The notes below the pieces were generated by a model. That model was not told where the DNA came from. It ran no database searches and worked only from the letters and a program-made list of their open reading frames with translations. Both the position numbers and the translations under genes were made by a program. Of a stretch of DNA of 64,000 nt, positions 1 through 9,925 are shown piece by piece (positions within the stretch are counted from its first letter, which is position 1; each line of letters opens with the position of its first letter). Origin of the DNA: Bacilli bacterium (GTDB lineage: Bacteria > Bacillota_I > Bacilli_A > RF39 > UBA660); contig JAFXXB010000020.1 in assembly GCA_017542465.1 (NCBI GenBank), forward strand, positions 10,329-74,328, in the 5' to 3' direction.

Positions 1-405
1 AGTTAAAGCTTCTCCATCTATTGTTGAATCTAATTGTTCTATTTCTTCCTGTGTTAGCAGTTTCATACTGTAATAATTCGTCGATTGATTAGTAATCTTA
101 CCACTTCCTGATTTTTTACCACTAGATAAAATAATAATTAATACAATTACAAATATAACAATAAATAATACAACAGCAGCTGAAGAACCACTACCAGATG
201 AACTAGAACTTGATGATGAAGATCTTGATCTAGAACTTGAGTGATAACTTGATCCACCAGATGAACGAGACCCACCAGATGAATGTGATCCGCCACTTGA
301 GTATGATGAATTATGCCCTGCATCACCATATACAGTTGCAATTGGTAATACAAGTAATAATATACCCATCACTAAAAATAATCCTTTTATTAAACGATCT
401 TTCAT
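1..405 (-). CDS. Membrane protein with signal/TM segment and Ser/Gly-rich linker, probably Tim44-like domain family; runs off the window start (3' partial)
   Basis: Not in ORF track; translated by hand: MKDRLIKGLFLVMGILLLVLPIATVYGDAGHNSSYSSGGSHSSGG...AAVVLFIVIFVIVLIIILSSGKK; ATG at 405 with GGAGG RBS at 411-415; no stop before base 1. Confidence 0.7.
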   Translation of the reverse strand, partial: MKDRLIKGLFLVMGILLLVLPIATVYGDAGHNSSYSSGGSHSSGGSRSSGGSSYHSSSRSRSSSSSSSSSGSGSSAAVVLFIVIFVIVLIIILSSGKKSGSGKITNQSTNYYSMKLLTQEEIEQLDSTIDGEALT

Positions 406-465
406 ATTTTCCTCCAATTAGATTAATTATATCATTTATTAAAAGAAACAAAAAGATAATTATTT

Positions 466-1254
466 CTAATTACCTTTAAATCCACACTTATCACATTTAC
501 CATTTATAAATTGAGTTCCACAATTAGGACAGAACTTTTTTATAACACCAATTGGTGTTCCATCAAAGTTAGTTTTCTCTTTAGATGCTTTCTTAATTAA
601 TATAATTGCTATTATATAAGTTATTATTACAAACACTAAGAACATAATTAATAAATACCAATCTTCAATAGATAAGAATTGGAATATTAAGGCATCATAT
701 ATAGCATGTGTTATTCCTGGAATAAATATTGATAATAACAAGAATATAAATGATTTCTCATGTTTATTTTGCATCAAATGTTTTTTAGACATTGATAATA
801 AATACCCCATATAAACTGCATCAACAGCATGGGAAGGAACACTTAATAATGCTCTTACTACTCCTGTTCCAAATCCTGATGTTACTACATATAATAAGTT
901 TTCTATAACAGCAAATCCTAATGATGCAAATACAGCATATACTATTCCATCATATACATGATTAAATTCTTTATTCCTAAAACATATAACATATGTAATA
1001 AACCACTTACCAAATTCTTCCACTATTGCAATAGTCATAAACACAGCAACAAGTGTTCCTAATAACGATGGTAAACCATCTGTAGGAAAATATATACCTA
1101 ATATTATTTCAACAATAGCAATAGGTATTGTTGATAAACATCCCATTATAAATATTAATAAAAGCATTCCTCTTGGTTCTTTTTCAACATCTTTAAAATA
1201 GATATATAGTAATAACAAAACTACAGGCAATATAGATATAAATAATAATCTCAT
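466..1254 (-). CDS. prsW: PrsW-family intramembrane glutamic/metalloprotease with C-terminal zinc ribbon
   Basis: EEFGK, GFAVIEN and HAVD motifs in a multi-TM protein; C-terminal CPNCG...CDKCG. Confidence 0.85.
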   Translation of the reverse strand: MRLLFISILPVVLLLLYIYFKDVEKEPRGMLLLIFIMGCLSTIPIAIVEIILGIYFPTDGLPSLLGTLVAVFMTIAIVEEFGKWFITYVICFRNKEFNHVYDGIVYAVFASLGFAVIENLLYVVTSGFGTGVVRALLSVPSHAVDAVYMGYLLSMSKKHLMQNKHEKSFIFLLLSIFIPGITHAIYDALIFQFLSIEDWYLLIMFLVFVIITYIIAIILIKKASKEKTNFDGTPIGVIKKFCPNCGTQFINGKCDKCGFKGN

Positions 1255-1317
1255 GTAACCACTTCAATTCTAAAATGATTATAACAAAAAACTATTAAGT
1301 TTTAAACTTAATAGTTA

Positions 1318-2892
1318 TTATTTAAAGAACTTTAATAGTTTATTTAATGTTCTATCAATTATTTTATTTTCAGCTTTGTTAACAACTTTCTTTCCAAGTT
1401 TATAACCAACTGAATTCTTCTTAGCTCTTTCAGCTTCCTTTTCTGCTTTTTCTTGAGCTCTTAATTCTTCTTTTTGTTTTCTTTCTTCTTCCTTAGCTGC
1501 TTTTTCAGCTGCACGTTGTTCTTCTTTTAATTTTTTTTCTTCTTCTTTAGCTAATTTTTCTTCAAGCTTAGCTTGTTCTGCATCTAACTTTTCTTGTTCT
1601 TGTTCTGCAAATACTGCATCATTCTTTTCCTTGGCTGACTCTCTTTCTTTAGCTTCTTCATATGTGCCATATAAATCAGAATTAATTATTATATTTTTTC
1701 TTTCTTCATCTGTAATAGTTCCCATTCTAGATTGAGGTGGAAGTATTACAACATGTTCAACCATAGTTGGCTCTCCAGCCTCATCTAATACTGTAACTAA
1801 CGCTTCTCCCGTACCCAAATTTTGTATTTCTTTAGCAGTATCAAATTTAGGATTTACTCTAAATGAATCTGATGCAATCTTCAAACTTCTTTGTTCAGCT
1901 GGAGTATATGCATGTAAAGCATGTTGTACCCTATTACCTAATTGAGCAAGTATTTCTTCTGGTATGTCACCAGGTAATTGAGAAACAAAGTATAGACCTA
2001 CTCCTTTAGATCTCATTAATCTAACTATCTTAATAATGTGATCAACTATAGATTTAGGCATATCCTCAAATAATAAATGAGCCTCATCTATAAAGAATAC
2101 TAATTTAGGTTTATCAATGTCTCCTACTTCAGGCATATTCTCATATAAGTTATTTAACATCCATATTGTAGCAACAGCATATGAATCTGGATGTTTAAAT
2201 AATTCTTGTGCATCAAGAATGCTTATTTGACCATATCCAGTATCAACATCTATTCCTCTAAAATCCTTAATATCAAATTCAGGTAAGCCAAAGAAGTTAT
2301 TACCTATGTCATCAATTAAATCCATCACATTTCTTTGAATTGTTGTTAATGTTTGAGATGGTAAATTACCATATTTATTGCTATATTCACTTCTTTTATT
2401 ATTAACATACACTATCATAGATAGAAGATCCTCTAAAGAATCCATTTCTCTTTCTTCCTCTGATGCAATCTTATATATCATTGATAATACAGAATCTTGT
2501 ACTTCAGATAAGCCTAACATCTTAGACATCAATCTGTGTCCTACTTTTTGAACTGTAGTTCTAACTGGATGTCCGTTTTTTCCATATATATCTAAAAATC
2601 TTACAGGAAATTTAGTATATTTAAAATCATCTAATTCTAATGATTTAACTCTAGAATCAACATTCTCAGATTGTTCACCTACATATGCTGTACCAGCTAA
2701 ATCACCTTTAACATCAATCATTAAAACAGGAACACCAGCTGATGAAAAACTCTCAGCTAATACTTTTAAAGTAACAGTTTTACCTGTACCAGTAGCACCT
2801 GTAATCAACCCATGTCTATTAGCTTTATTTAATAAAATATAAGCTTCTGTCTCTTTATTCTTACCAACTAAAATCTTTCCATCTTTTAACAT
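1318..2892 (-). CDS. DUF853/YjgR HerA-like ATPase with charged coiled-coil tail
   Basis: ANRHGLITGATGTGKT Walker A, FFIDEAH Walker B, LGNRVQHALHAYTP family motif. Confidence 0.9.
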   Translation of the reverse strand: MLKDGKILVGKNKETEAYILLNKANRHGLITGATGTGKTVTLKVLAESFSSAGVPVLMIDVKGDLAGTAYVGEQSENVDSRVKSLELDDFKYTKFPVRFLDIYGKNGHPVRTTVQKVGHRLMSKMLGLSEVQDSVLSMIYKIASEEEREMDSLEDLLSMIVYVNNKRSEYSNKYGNLPSQTLTTIQRNVMDLIDDIGNNFFGLPEFDIKDFRGIDVDTGYGQISILDAQELFKHPDSYAVATIWMLNNLYENMPEVGDIDKPKLVFFIDEAHLLFEDMPKSIVDHIIKIVRLMRSKGVGLYFVSQLPGDIPEEILAQLGNRVQHALHAYTPAEQRSLKIASDSFRVNPKFDTAKEIQNLGTGEALVTVLDEAGEPTMVEHVVILPPQSRMGTITDEERKNIIINSDLYGTYEEAKERESAKEKNDAVFAEQEQEKLDAEQAKLEEKLAKEEEKKLKEEQRAAEKAAKEEERKQKEELRAQEKAEKEAERAKKNSVGYKLGKKVVNKAENKIIDRTLNKLLKFFK

Positions 2893-4121
2893 TATTCTTT
2901 ATCCTTCTTTCTTTTAAATAAATTGAATAGGAAGAATCCTTTTTTCTTTTTCTTATGTTCAATAGCTTTCTTATATACATCTACAATTCTTTCTGCAAAG
3001 TATTTAGATGAATATTGTTCAGAACTTCTTCTTGCTTGTTCCCTTAATTTCTTTTGTAGTTTTTTATCATTAAATATTTTAATAATATATTTTTCATATT
3101 CTTTATTAGTATTAAATATATAACCATTATAATCATTCATAATAGTTGTATTAAAACTTTCATCATTAATACATACTACAGGAAGTGATGCAGCTAAACC
3201 TTCAATAACTGTTAAACCTTGAGTTTCAGAAGTTGAAGCTGTAGCAAATACGTCTGATAATAAATAATATTCAGGAACATTTACCCATGGTATCTTACCA
3301 GCAAATATTACACTATCATCTATCTTATTCTTTTTAGCATATTCTTTATAACCAGGTAAATCTGGTCCATCACCTACAATTAATAATTTGATCTTTTTAG
3401 ATTCTTTTTGTAATGCTTTCATTGAATCTAATAATAGATTAATGTTTTTTTCTTGTGCTATTCTACCAACAAATAGGATTATAAAATCATCTTTATTAAA
3501 TCCTAATTCTTTACGCATCTTATCTTTATTAAATCCTTTATGATTTTCCTCATAGAATCTATCTATTTCAATACCAGTAGGAACTATATATACTTCTCTA
3601 TCATATTTATATTTATCTTTAAATAATTCATATGTTTTTCTAGTTGGTACAACAAGTTCAGTACATGTTTTATCACAATAGAACTTAGTTAAGTATTCAA
3701 CAATCTTTTTACTAGAGTTTTTAAAGTAACCTTTAGTTATATAATGTACATAATCTTCATACATTGTATGATATGTATGTACTAAAGGTATATTAAATTG
3801 TTTAGCAAATATTCTAGCAAATGTACCAACACCAAACTCTGTTTGACAATGGATAACATCTAAATTCCAACTCTTAATTAATTTAATTACTTCAATTGGA
3901 TAAATACTTGTTAATCTATAATCATATATACCTATAGGTATACCAGGTAATCTTAATACCTTCTCTTCTTCTTCATATTTATAATGAAGGTTTTCATTAT
4001 TAACTGTTACAACATATACATTATAACCAAGTTTTTCCAATGCATTCTTTAACATCAATACGCTTGTTGTTACCCCATTTATATAAGGTACATATGTGTC
4101 TGTAAAAATTCCTATATTCAT
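2892..4121 (-). CDS. Glycosyltransferase family 4 (1,2-diacylglycerol glucosyltransferase-like)
   Basis: MNIGIFTDTYVPYINGVTTS N-terminus; FVGRIAQEKN; ETQGLTVIEGLA motif. Confidence 0.88.
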   Translation of the reverse strand: MNIGIFTDTYVPYINGVTTSVLMLKNALEKLGYNVYVVTVNNENLHYKYEEEEKVLRLPGIPIGIYDYRLTSIYPIEVIKLIKSWNLDVIHCQTEFGVGTFARIFAKQFNIPLVHTYHTMYEDYVHYITKGYFKNSSKKIVEYLTKFYCDKTCTELVVPTRKTYELFKDKYKYDREVYIVPTGIEIDRFYEENHKGFNKDKMRKELGFNKDDFIILFVGRIAQEKNINLLLDSMKALQKESKKIKLLIVGDGPDLPGYKEYAKKNKIDDSVIFAGKIPWVNVPEYYLLSDVFATASTSETQGLTVIEGLAASLPVVCINDESFNTTIMNDYNGYIFNTNKEYEKYIIKIFNDKKLQKKLREQARRSSEQYSSKYFAERIVDVYKKAIEHKKKKKGFFLFNLFKRKKDKE

Positions 4122-4165
4122 ATTAATCGCCCTAATTTAATTATAAAAAAAATAAATAGATATGT

Positions 4166-4900
4166 CTATTTATTTCTTACATAATGTTCAATAAACATTT
4201 GTTCTTCATTTCTTGCTCTTTCTTCAAAGTCAAAATCTTCTGGAAATTCTTTTCCAAACATATTCATTAAATCTATTCCATGTTTATACTCATGAATATT
4301 TATAAGTGCAGTCTTTAAATTATGTACTGGTGGTACAACTAATTTAACACCAAATATTTTATTACTAGATAAAGTTGGATAAGCTCCATAGAAAGTATAA
4401 TCATTACCACAGTCAATTCTATTAACTCCATTTTGATTAATTACTTTATACACAAGATTATCTCTAAAATAACTATCTATATCGGATTTAGTTAAAGCTA
4501 CACCTTTTATTTCATCAGTCAATTCATGATTCTTTAATAAACTTATACAGTGTTCTTCATTAAATCTTAATGGTCTTCCAGTATAAGCTTTTTCAGAGTA
4601 TTTATCTCCCATAAGATCATAATACTCATATGTACTTCTATTATTATCATCTATTAATTCAAGTATTCTTAATAATTCTTCTTCTTTAATCTTATCACAA
4701 TAAGCAAGTAAATATTTTAAATATTCTGTTTCTTCAGTTAATTCAACTTTATAATGTTTTAATCTATCTATTAAGAATGCTATTTCTTTAAAATCATAAT
4801 ATCCTCTAAACAAAGAACCTAAAACATTATCAAAATAACTTTTTAGTAAATCTATATATTCAAGTTTATTTAGTTTTATTCTTTCCTCTATACTCATCAT
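4166..4900 (-). CDS. Hypothetical protein with HExxH (HEYKH) motif, possible zinc peptidase
   Basis: ORF track; start moved to Met at 4900 behind AGGTGA RBS; NIHEYKHG near the C-terminus followed by EERARNEE. Confidence 0.55.
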   Translation of the reverse strand: MMSIEERIKLNKLEYIDLLKSYFDNVLGSLFRGYYDFKEIAFLIDRLKHYKVELTEETEYLKYLLAYCDKIKEEELLRILELIDDNNRSTYEYYDLMGDKYSEKAYTGRPLRFNEEHCISLLKNHELTDEIKGVALTKSDIDSYFRDNLVYKVINQNGVNRIDCGNDYTFYGAYPTLSSNKIFGVKLVVPPVHNLKTALINIHEYKHGIDLMNMFGKEFPEDFDFEERARNEEQMFIEHYVRNK

Positions 4901-4904
4901 ATAA

Positions 4905-5876
4905 TCACCTTGTAAATTTACCAACATATTTGCTTTCAACATATTCTTGAGTTGGTTCATTATTCTTTATGTATTGTTTTAAGAAATTAGTTTTATCTAA
5001 TGCATTATCAAATATAAGATCAGCAAACTCAACAGCCTTAGGTAAATCATATCTTCCTAATCCATAATAATTAGATCTATTAAATTTAATAATGTCTAAT
5101 TCTTTTTCTAGTTTTTCAACATCTAAATCTTTATTAGATGCTTTAATCATCTTTAAACATAAGTTAATATAGTTTTGCCATAGAATTGGATCTGTTGTAC
5201 CATTTCCAAATCTAAACTCAATAGTGTTCTTTTCTTTTCTTCTTGATAGACTATGTAGATTATTAAAGTTTATTCCATGGAATCTATCATATCTTCTATT
5301 AATTGCTTTTACACTTTCACATTGTTTTATTTCTTCATAATCTCTTGCTAGTTCAATTGATAAAGGGTGAGCACAAGATATAATTGATTCTCTTGGATTT
5401 AATCTATCCATATATCCAAATCTATATAATACATCTTCATAATCAACATATAATAATATTAATTTTAATAGATTATCAAAGTCTTTTAATCCTTGAGCAC
5501 CAACATGTACATGAGCACCTGCTCTTTCAGATGTTGTGATATTTCTACAATGATTTAAGATATTACATGTTTCTTTTAAGTCTTTCCAATTAATAATATG
5601 ATCTACTAAAGTAGGAGATACAACTTCTCCTCCTTTTTCAAAGTCAGCTTCTTCAACTACTTTCCATGATACCTTTTCATCAAGAACTGCTTCAACTTCA
5701 TTTATATCAACACCCTCAAACTCAACTTCTACTCCAAAGGTGTTTCCTTGATCACCTAAAGTATCACGATAAGGTATTTTATAGTTTTCCAAGAAGTCAC
5801 GATATTCTTTCAAATCTTCTTTTGATAGACCGCCTATATATATATTTTGGCCTTCATCCATAAACACACTTTCCAT
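4905..5876 (-). CDS. Putative amidoligase (Amidoligase_2, COOH-NH2 ligase fold)
   Basis: TFGVEVEF, GGEVVSP, AGAHVHVG, HGINF and TIEFR motifs. Confidence 0.85.
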   Translation of the reverse strand: MESVFMDEGQNIYIGGLSKEDLKEYRDFLENYKIPYRDTLGDQGNTFGVEVEFEGVDINEVEAVLDEKVSWKVVEEADFEKGGEVVSPTLVDHIINWKDLKETCNILNHCRNITTSERAGAHVHVGAQGLKDFDNLLKLILLYVDYEDVLYRFGYMDRLNPRESIISCAHPLSIELARDYEEIKQCESVKAINRRYDRFHGINFNNLHSLSRRKEKNTIEFRFGNGTTDPILWQNYINLCLKMIKASNKDLDVEKLEKELDIIKFNRSNYYGLGRYDLPKAVEFADLIFDNALDKTNFLKQYIKNNEPTQEYVESKYVGKFTR

Positions 5877-5950
5877 ATGCTTTCCCTCTTCATTCGTACT
5901 CGCTTATTATATAATTTTTTAAAGATTTTATCAAATAAAAAAAGATAGTG

Positions 5951-7093
5951 TTACCTATCTTTTATCTTATTATTTAAGTTAAATAATAGACCTATATATA
6001 TAAGCACATTTGGCTTCATAAATATATGACCTGAGAAACATGACATAAGGATAAATAATATAAATGATAATAAATATACATTATGTAGTTTATTATCTTT
6101 AACTATAAATATCATTACTAATAGGTAGAAAATAATACCTACTATACCTATTATATAAATCATATCAATAATATCTATTTCAGAATCCTTAATTGTTATT
6201 GTTCCTACACCTAATAATCTATGTCTTAAATCTTGTTTGCCATAGTCATCCATTAGGTTAGATGCATATGTTAATCTCTTTGAATAAATTACATTATCAA
6301 TTGTTGATATATTAACATCTTTAATTGAATGAATATTATAATAATCTAAAGTAATCTTTAAATTCTTAGCAATAGGAGTAAAAGGTAAAATAACAGCTCC
6401 TACAATTAATATTCCTATAGTTATAACTATCGCATATTTATTAAGTTTAATAGATTTATTAATGATCTTATAAATAAACATTATTAATAAAACTAATATA
6501 GCACCTAAGAATAATGTTTTAGTACCTATAAATGTAAATGATAATAATATAAGAATATATAAAATTATTCTTTCATATAATTTATATTCTTTTGAATAAA
6601 CTAATACAATAGGTAAATAACCTAATAGAATAGCAGATAATTCATTACCACCATAGAATAAGCCAAGTGATGCTTTCTTTGCCTCATCAGGTGCATAAAC
6701 ATTAAAGTTTAATCCTAATAAAGTTGGAACTATTACAAGTAATAAATATGTAACATATACATATACAATCATATTCTTATTAATATCTTTATCATATCTT
6801 ACAAAGAATAATATAGATATTGGTAAGAATAATATTTTAACAACATTTAATACAGCACTTATACTATGGAAATGTATTGCTGATATTATAAAGAATATAA
6901 ATGTTATTAATAGTAAGATATAATCTTTCTTATTCTTCTTAAATAGAATATATAATACCATTACTAAAAGAATAGCTAATCTTATAATTGCACTTATAGA
7001 TGGAATATTATTAAAATATCTAATTTGAAAAGATGCAAATATATCTATAACAGGTTGCATAAATAATAAAATATATATTAAATATTTTTTCAT
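5951..7093 (-). CDS. O-antigen ligase/polymerase-like multi-TM protein
   Basis: About 10-12 TM segments; GLFYGGNELSAI, IGTKT, DSEIDIID, FSGHI motifs; start at Met 7093 behind AGGTGA. Confidence 0.7.
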   Translation of the reverse strand: MKKYLIYILLFMQPVIDIFASFQIRYFNNIPSISAIIRLAILLVMVLYILFKKNKKDYILLLITFIFFIISAIHFHSISAVLNVVKILFLPISILFFVRYDKDINKNMIVYVYVTYLLLVIVPTLLGLNFNVYAPDEAKKASLGLFYGGNELSAILLGYLPIVLVYSKEYKLYERIILYILILLSFTFIGTKTLFLGAILVLLIMFIYKIINKSIKLNKYAIVITIGILIVGAVILPFTPIAKNLKITLDYYNIHSIKDVNISTIDNVIYSKRLTYASNLMDDYGKQDLRHRLLGVGTITIKDSEIDIIDMIYIIGIVGIIFYLLVMIFIVKDNKLHNVYLLSFILFILMSCFSGHIFMKPNVLIYIGLLFNLNNKIKDR

Positions 7094-7158
7094 ATTATCA
7101 CCTAATAAAATTATAGAATATTTAAACAATTAAAAAAAGACCCTAAGGCCTTCTTTTA

Positions 7159-7626
7159 TTAGTTTCCAAATGAGTTAACAAAATTGCTAATTAACTTGCT
7201 TAAGAATGTTTCTTTAACATCTTTCTTCTTTAAGAAGATAACAACGAAACCAAGTTTAATAGCAGCAACAACATAATCAAATATTGAATCAATCATGTTG
7301 ATGATTGTCTTAATTGGAGTTAAGCAATATCTGTAGAATCCAGATACATCTAATGGTTTACTTAAGTATGAATCAATGAATTCAACTAAACTATTAATAA
7401 TAGTTAAGAATAATCCATATAGATTTACTAATAAGTCCCAACCAGCTGTTAAGATAAACATAGCTACAGCAAATGATAATACTCTAACTAATACTTTCTT
7501 GAAGTCTTCAATATCACAGAATATTAATAGTAATACAGCAATTGTTAATGTAGTACCAATACCTGCAAATAAAGAAGCAACTAATAATCCAGCAGCTACT
7601 CCGTTTGACACTTTAACCTTATTCAT
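7159..7626 (-). CDS. Hypothetical membrane protein
   Basis: 155-aa ORF with hydrophobic segments and an RBS. Confidence 0.6.
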   Translation of the reverse strand: MNKVKVSNGVAAGLLVASLFAGIGTTLTIAVLLLIFCDIEDFKKVLVRVLSFAVAMFILTAGWDLLVNLYGLFLTIINSLVEFIDSYLSKPLDVSGFYRYCLTPIKTIINMIDSIFDYVVAAIKLGFVVIFLKKKDVKETFLSKLISNFVNSFGN

Positions 7627-7691
7627 TCTTCATCTATCCCTTCTATAATAATTATAAAATAACAAAAAAATAATTACAATAATAATTGTAA

Positions 7692-8339
7692 TTATTCATC
7701 AAAAATCGCATCTAAATAATAGATTGGTTTTCCATCTTTAACACATTTATTCTCCCAATCAGTTGGTATATTAGATATTGGATTTTCGTCATTATATAAA
7801 TCTAATGATACTCTTTTAAAAGTATACCAATATTGAGATAATGTTTCCAAACTATATTGGAATAAACCTTTATTATCTGTTTTTAATATTATATGTTTAT
7901 TCTTCTTAAAGATTCTATCATATAGTTTTAAATAACCTACATGAGTAAATCTTTTCTTTTCATCTATTGGTTTAGGCCATGGTTCAGAGAATGTTAAATA
8001 TATAGTATCTATCTCTTTACCAAATATATTTATTATATCAGTAGCATCTCCACATATAAGTTTTAAGTTAGGTATATTTTGAGAACCTATCTTTTGAACT
8101 GCAGTAGCTGTTTGAGATTCATTTAACTCTAATCCTATAAAATTGATCTTAGGATATTTTTTAGCCATCTCTATAATAAACTCTCCTCTACCCATACCTA
8201 ATTCTAAGTGTATTGGATTTTTATTACCAAATGCTTGCATCCATCTATTCTTATTTGAGTTAGGATTCTTAATAACATACTTAGAATTATTAAGTATATT
8301 CTTAGCATCTCTTACAACATTATATTCCATATAATCCAC
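7692..8339 (-). CDS. trmB: tRNA (guanine-N7)-methyltransferase
   Basis: LELGMGRG SAM motif, FSEPWPK, KTDN, PTDWE. Confidence 0.93.
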   Translation of the reverse strand: MDYMEYNVVRDAKNILNNSKYVIKNPNSNKNRWMQAFGNKNPIHLELGMGRGEFIIEMAKKYPKINFIGLELNESQTATAVQKIGSQNIPNLKLICGDATDIINIFGKEIDTIYLTFSEPWPKPIDEKKRFTHVGYLKLYDRIFKKNKHIILKTDNKGLFQYSLETLSQYWYTFKRVSLDLYNDENPISNIPTDWENKCVKDGKPIYYLDAIFDE

Positions 8340-8388
8340 CTCTTTAATTATTCTTATTATATATATTTATATTATTAAAATCAAATTA

Positions 8389-9069
8389 TTAATCTTTTAT
8401 CTTAAGACTCTTTAAATACTCTTTATGTTCATCTGTAACTCTATAACTTTCAATTGCTTTTTGAATTGTTCTATTGTGAGTCCACTTATCTAACTTATTA
8501 TTTTCTATATATTTAATAGTAGCATAATATTGTTTAGCTAATGCTGTAGCATAGAACCATGCTCTCATCATATTAACATAGTATTCATTAGATTTAATCT
8601 TAGATATGATATCTAAATAATCTACTTTAAAATCATCATCTAAATAATATTGCATTAATGCACATATCCCAAATCTAATAGTATATGTTTCTTTTGATTT
8701 AATCCATTTATATATTTCATCTATAAGTTTATCTCTATTCTTCTTAAATATTTTAGGACTCATTTGATCACATGTAGCCCAGTTATCTACATAAGGCAAA
8801 AACTCATTTATATATTCTATACATTTATCATAATCTTTTATTTCAGAAATAATAAATGCATGTAATTGATTCTCATCAAAATATTTATGTGGTAAATCTT
8901 TCAAGAATAATTCATAATTACCACTTTTATATAATTCTTTTGCATATTTTCTTAAATCAGGAGTTCTTATACCTATGAAATAATCAATAGGAACATTAGG
9001 TATTAATTTACTTTGAAAATCTCTATATTTTATATCTTGTAGTTTAAATAAATCATCAATAATACTCAT
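8389..9069 (-). CDS. DNA alkylation repair protein (AlkD-like HEAT repeat)
   Basis: GIRTPDLR, DNWATCD, EYYVNMMRAW, HNRTIQKAIES motifs; start at Met 9069 behind AGGAGA. Confidence 0.85.
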   Translation of the reverse strand: MSIIDDLFKLQDIKYRDFQSKLIPNVPIDYFIGIRTPDLRKYAKELYKSGNYELFLKDLPHKYFDENQLHAFIISEIKDYDKCIEYINEFLPYVDNWATCDQMSPKIFKKNRDKLIDEIYKWIKSKETYTIRFGICALMQYYLDDDFKVDYLDIISKIKSNEYYVNMMRAWFYATALAKQYYATIKYIENNKLDKWTHNRTIQKAIESYRVTDEHKEYLKSLKIKD

Positions 9070-9136
9070 ATATTCATCTCCTAATAAAATTATAACATAA
9101 AAAAATAAAAGCAAGATATCTTGCTTATTAATTATT

Positions 9137-9667
9137 TTATATTTTTAGTAATACTCTAAATCCTCTATTTGAATAATATGATTCAGCACCATTATGATAT
9201 ATAAAAGTCCTATTATATTTTTTATCACCAAATAATGCTCCACCCAATTTCCTAATTTCCTTTGGAGTTAATATCCAGCTTGAAGATTTTAAATCAAAAT
9301 CTCCAAGTGATTGAAGATATTTATATTCTATTTCATCTAATACTTTTACCTTATTATTATTTGCTTCTGTTATAATGTCCGAATTTGGTTTATTACTTTT
9401 TCTACTATTCAAAGCATCTATATCATAACAAAAACTTCTTCTTCCAATGGGAGATTCTATTGAAGTATCACAATAAACATACTTATCATTTTCTTTATCA
9501 TACATTATAACATCTGGTTCTCCACCTGTTTCTTCCATATATCTTAAAGAAAATAATGCTTCATTATTTAGTCTTTTAAAAACATCATTCCAATTAATTC
9601 CTTTATGCATAATTTCATTTTTAATAAATCTTTTTTCTAAAATTGATATTAATTCCTCATTACTCAT
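9137..9667 (-). CDS. DUF4256 family protein
   Basis: MEETGGEPDV, ESPIGRRSFCYD, IRKLGGALFGD, HNGAESYYSNRGFR motifs. Confidence 0.85.
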   Translation of the reverse strand: MSNEELISILEKRFIKNEIMHKGINWNDVFKRLNNEALFSLRYMEETGGEPDVIMYDKENDKYVYCDTSIESPIGRRSFCYDIDALNSRKSNKPNSDIITEANNNKVKVLDEIEYKYLQSLGDFDLKSSSWILTPKEIRKLGGALFGDKKYNRTFIYHNGAESYYSNRGFRVLLKI

Positions 9668-9731
9668 ATTACACCTCATAATAGTTTATTATTACTTAAA
9701 ATTATACCATAATCTTTAAAAATATAAATAA

Positions 9732-9753
9732 TCGCAATATTACTATTTTCCGA
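9732..9753. repeat. Cassette-boundary site A1 (8-6-8 quasi-palindrome)
   Basis: TCGCAATA-TTACTA-TTTTCCGA, upstream of the DUF4256 promoter. Confidence 0.7.
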
Positions 9754-9897
9754 ACATACAAAAAAGACTAGATTTCCTAGTCTTATTTATTTAATTACTT
9801 ATTGTTTTTTTGCTTTGATTGTGGCTTGAGATTACACCCAACTAAAAGCTCCAAATCCTACGAGTTTCCGTATTGTTTTTGACTAAATATTTATTAA

Positions 9898-9919
9898 TCG
9901 GAATATCCTAATCTTACGA
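9898..9919. repeat. Cassette-boundary site B1
   Basis: TCGGAATA-TCCTAA-TCTTACGA, 6 nt beyond the hydrolase stop codon. Confidence 0.7.
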
Positions 9920-9925
9920 TGCATT

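Noticed and set aside
147-479. Track ORFs 147-353 (-) and 237-479 (+)
   Set aside because: They are off-frame or antisense shadows of the Ser/Gly-rich gene starting at 405, which has the RBS.
9109-9126. AAGCAAGATATCTTGCTT, similar to the arms of the A/B sites (also 18507-18525 and 33359-33377)
   Set aside because: Lacks the outer TCG/CGA and the 6-nt spacer; it sits after a stop codon next to an A/T tract like the other intrinsic terminators.
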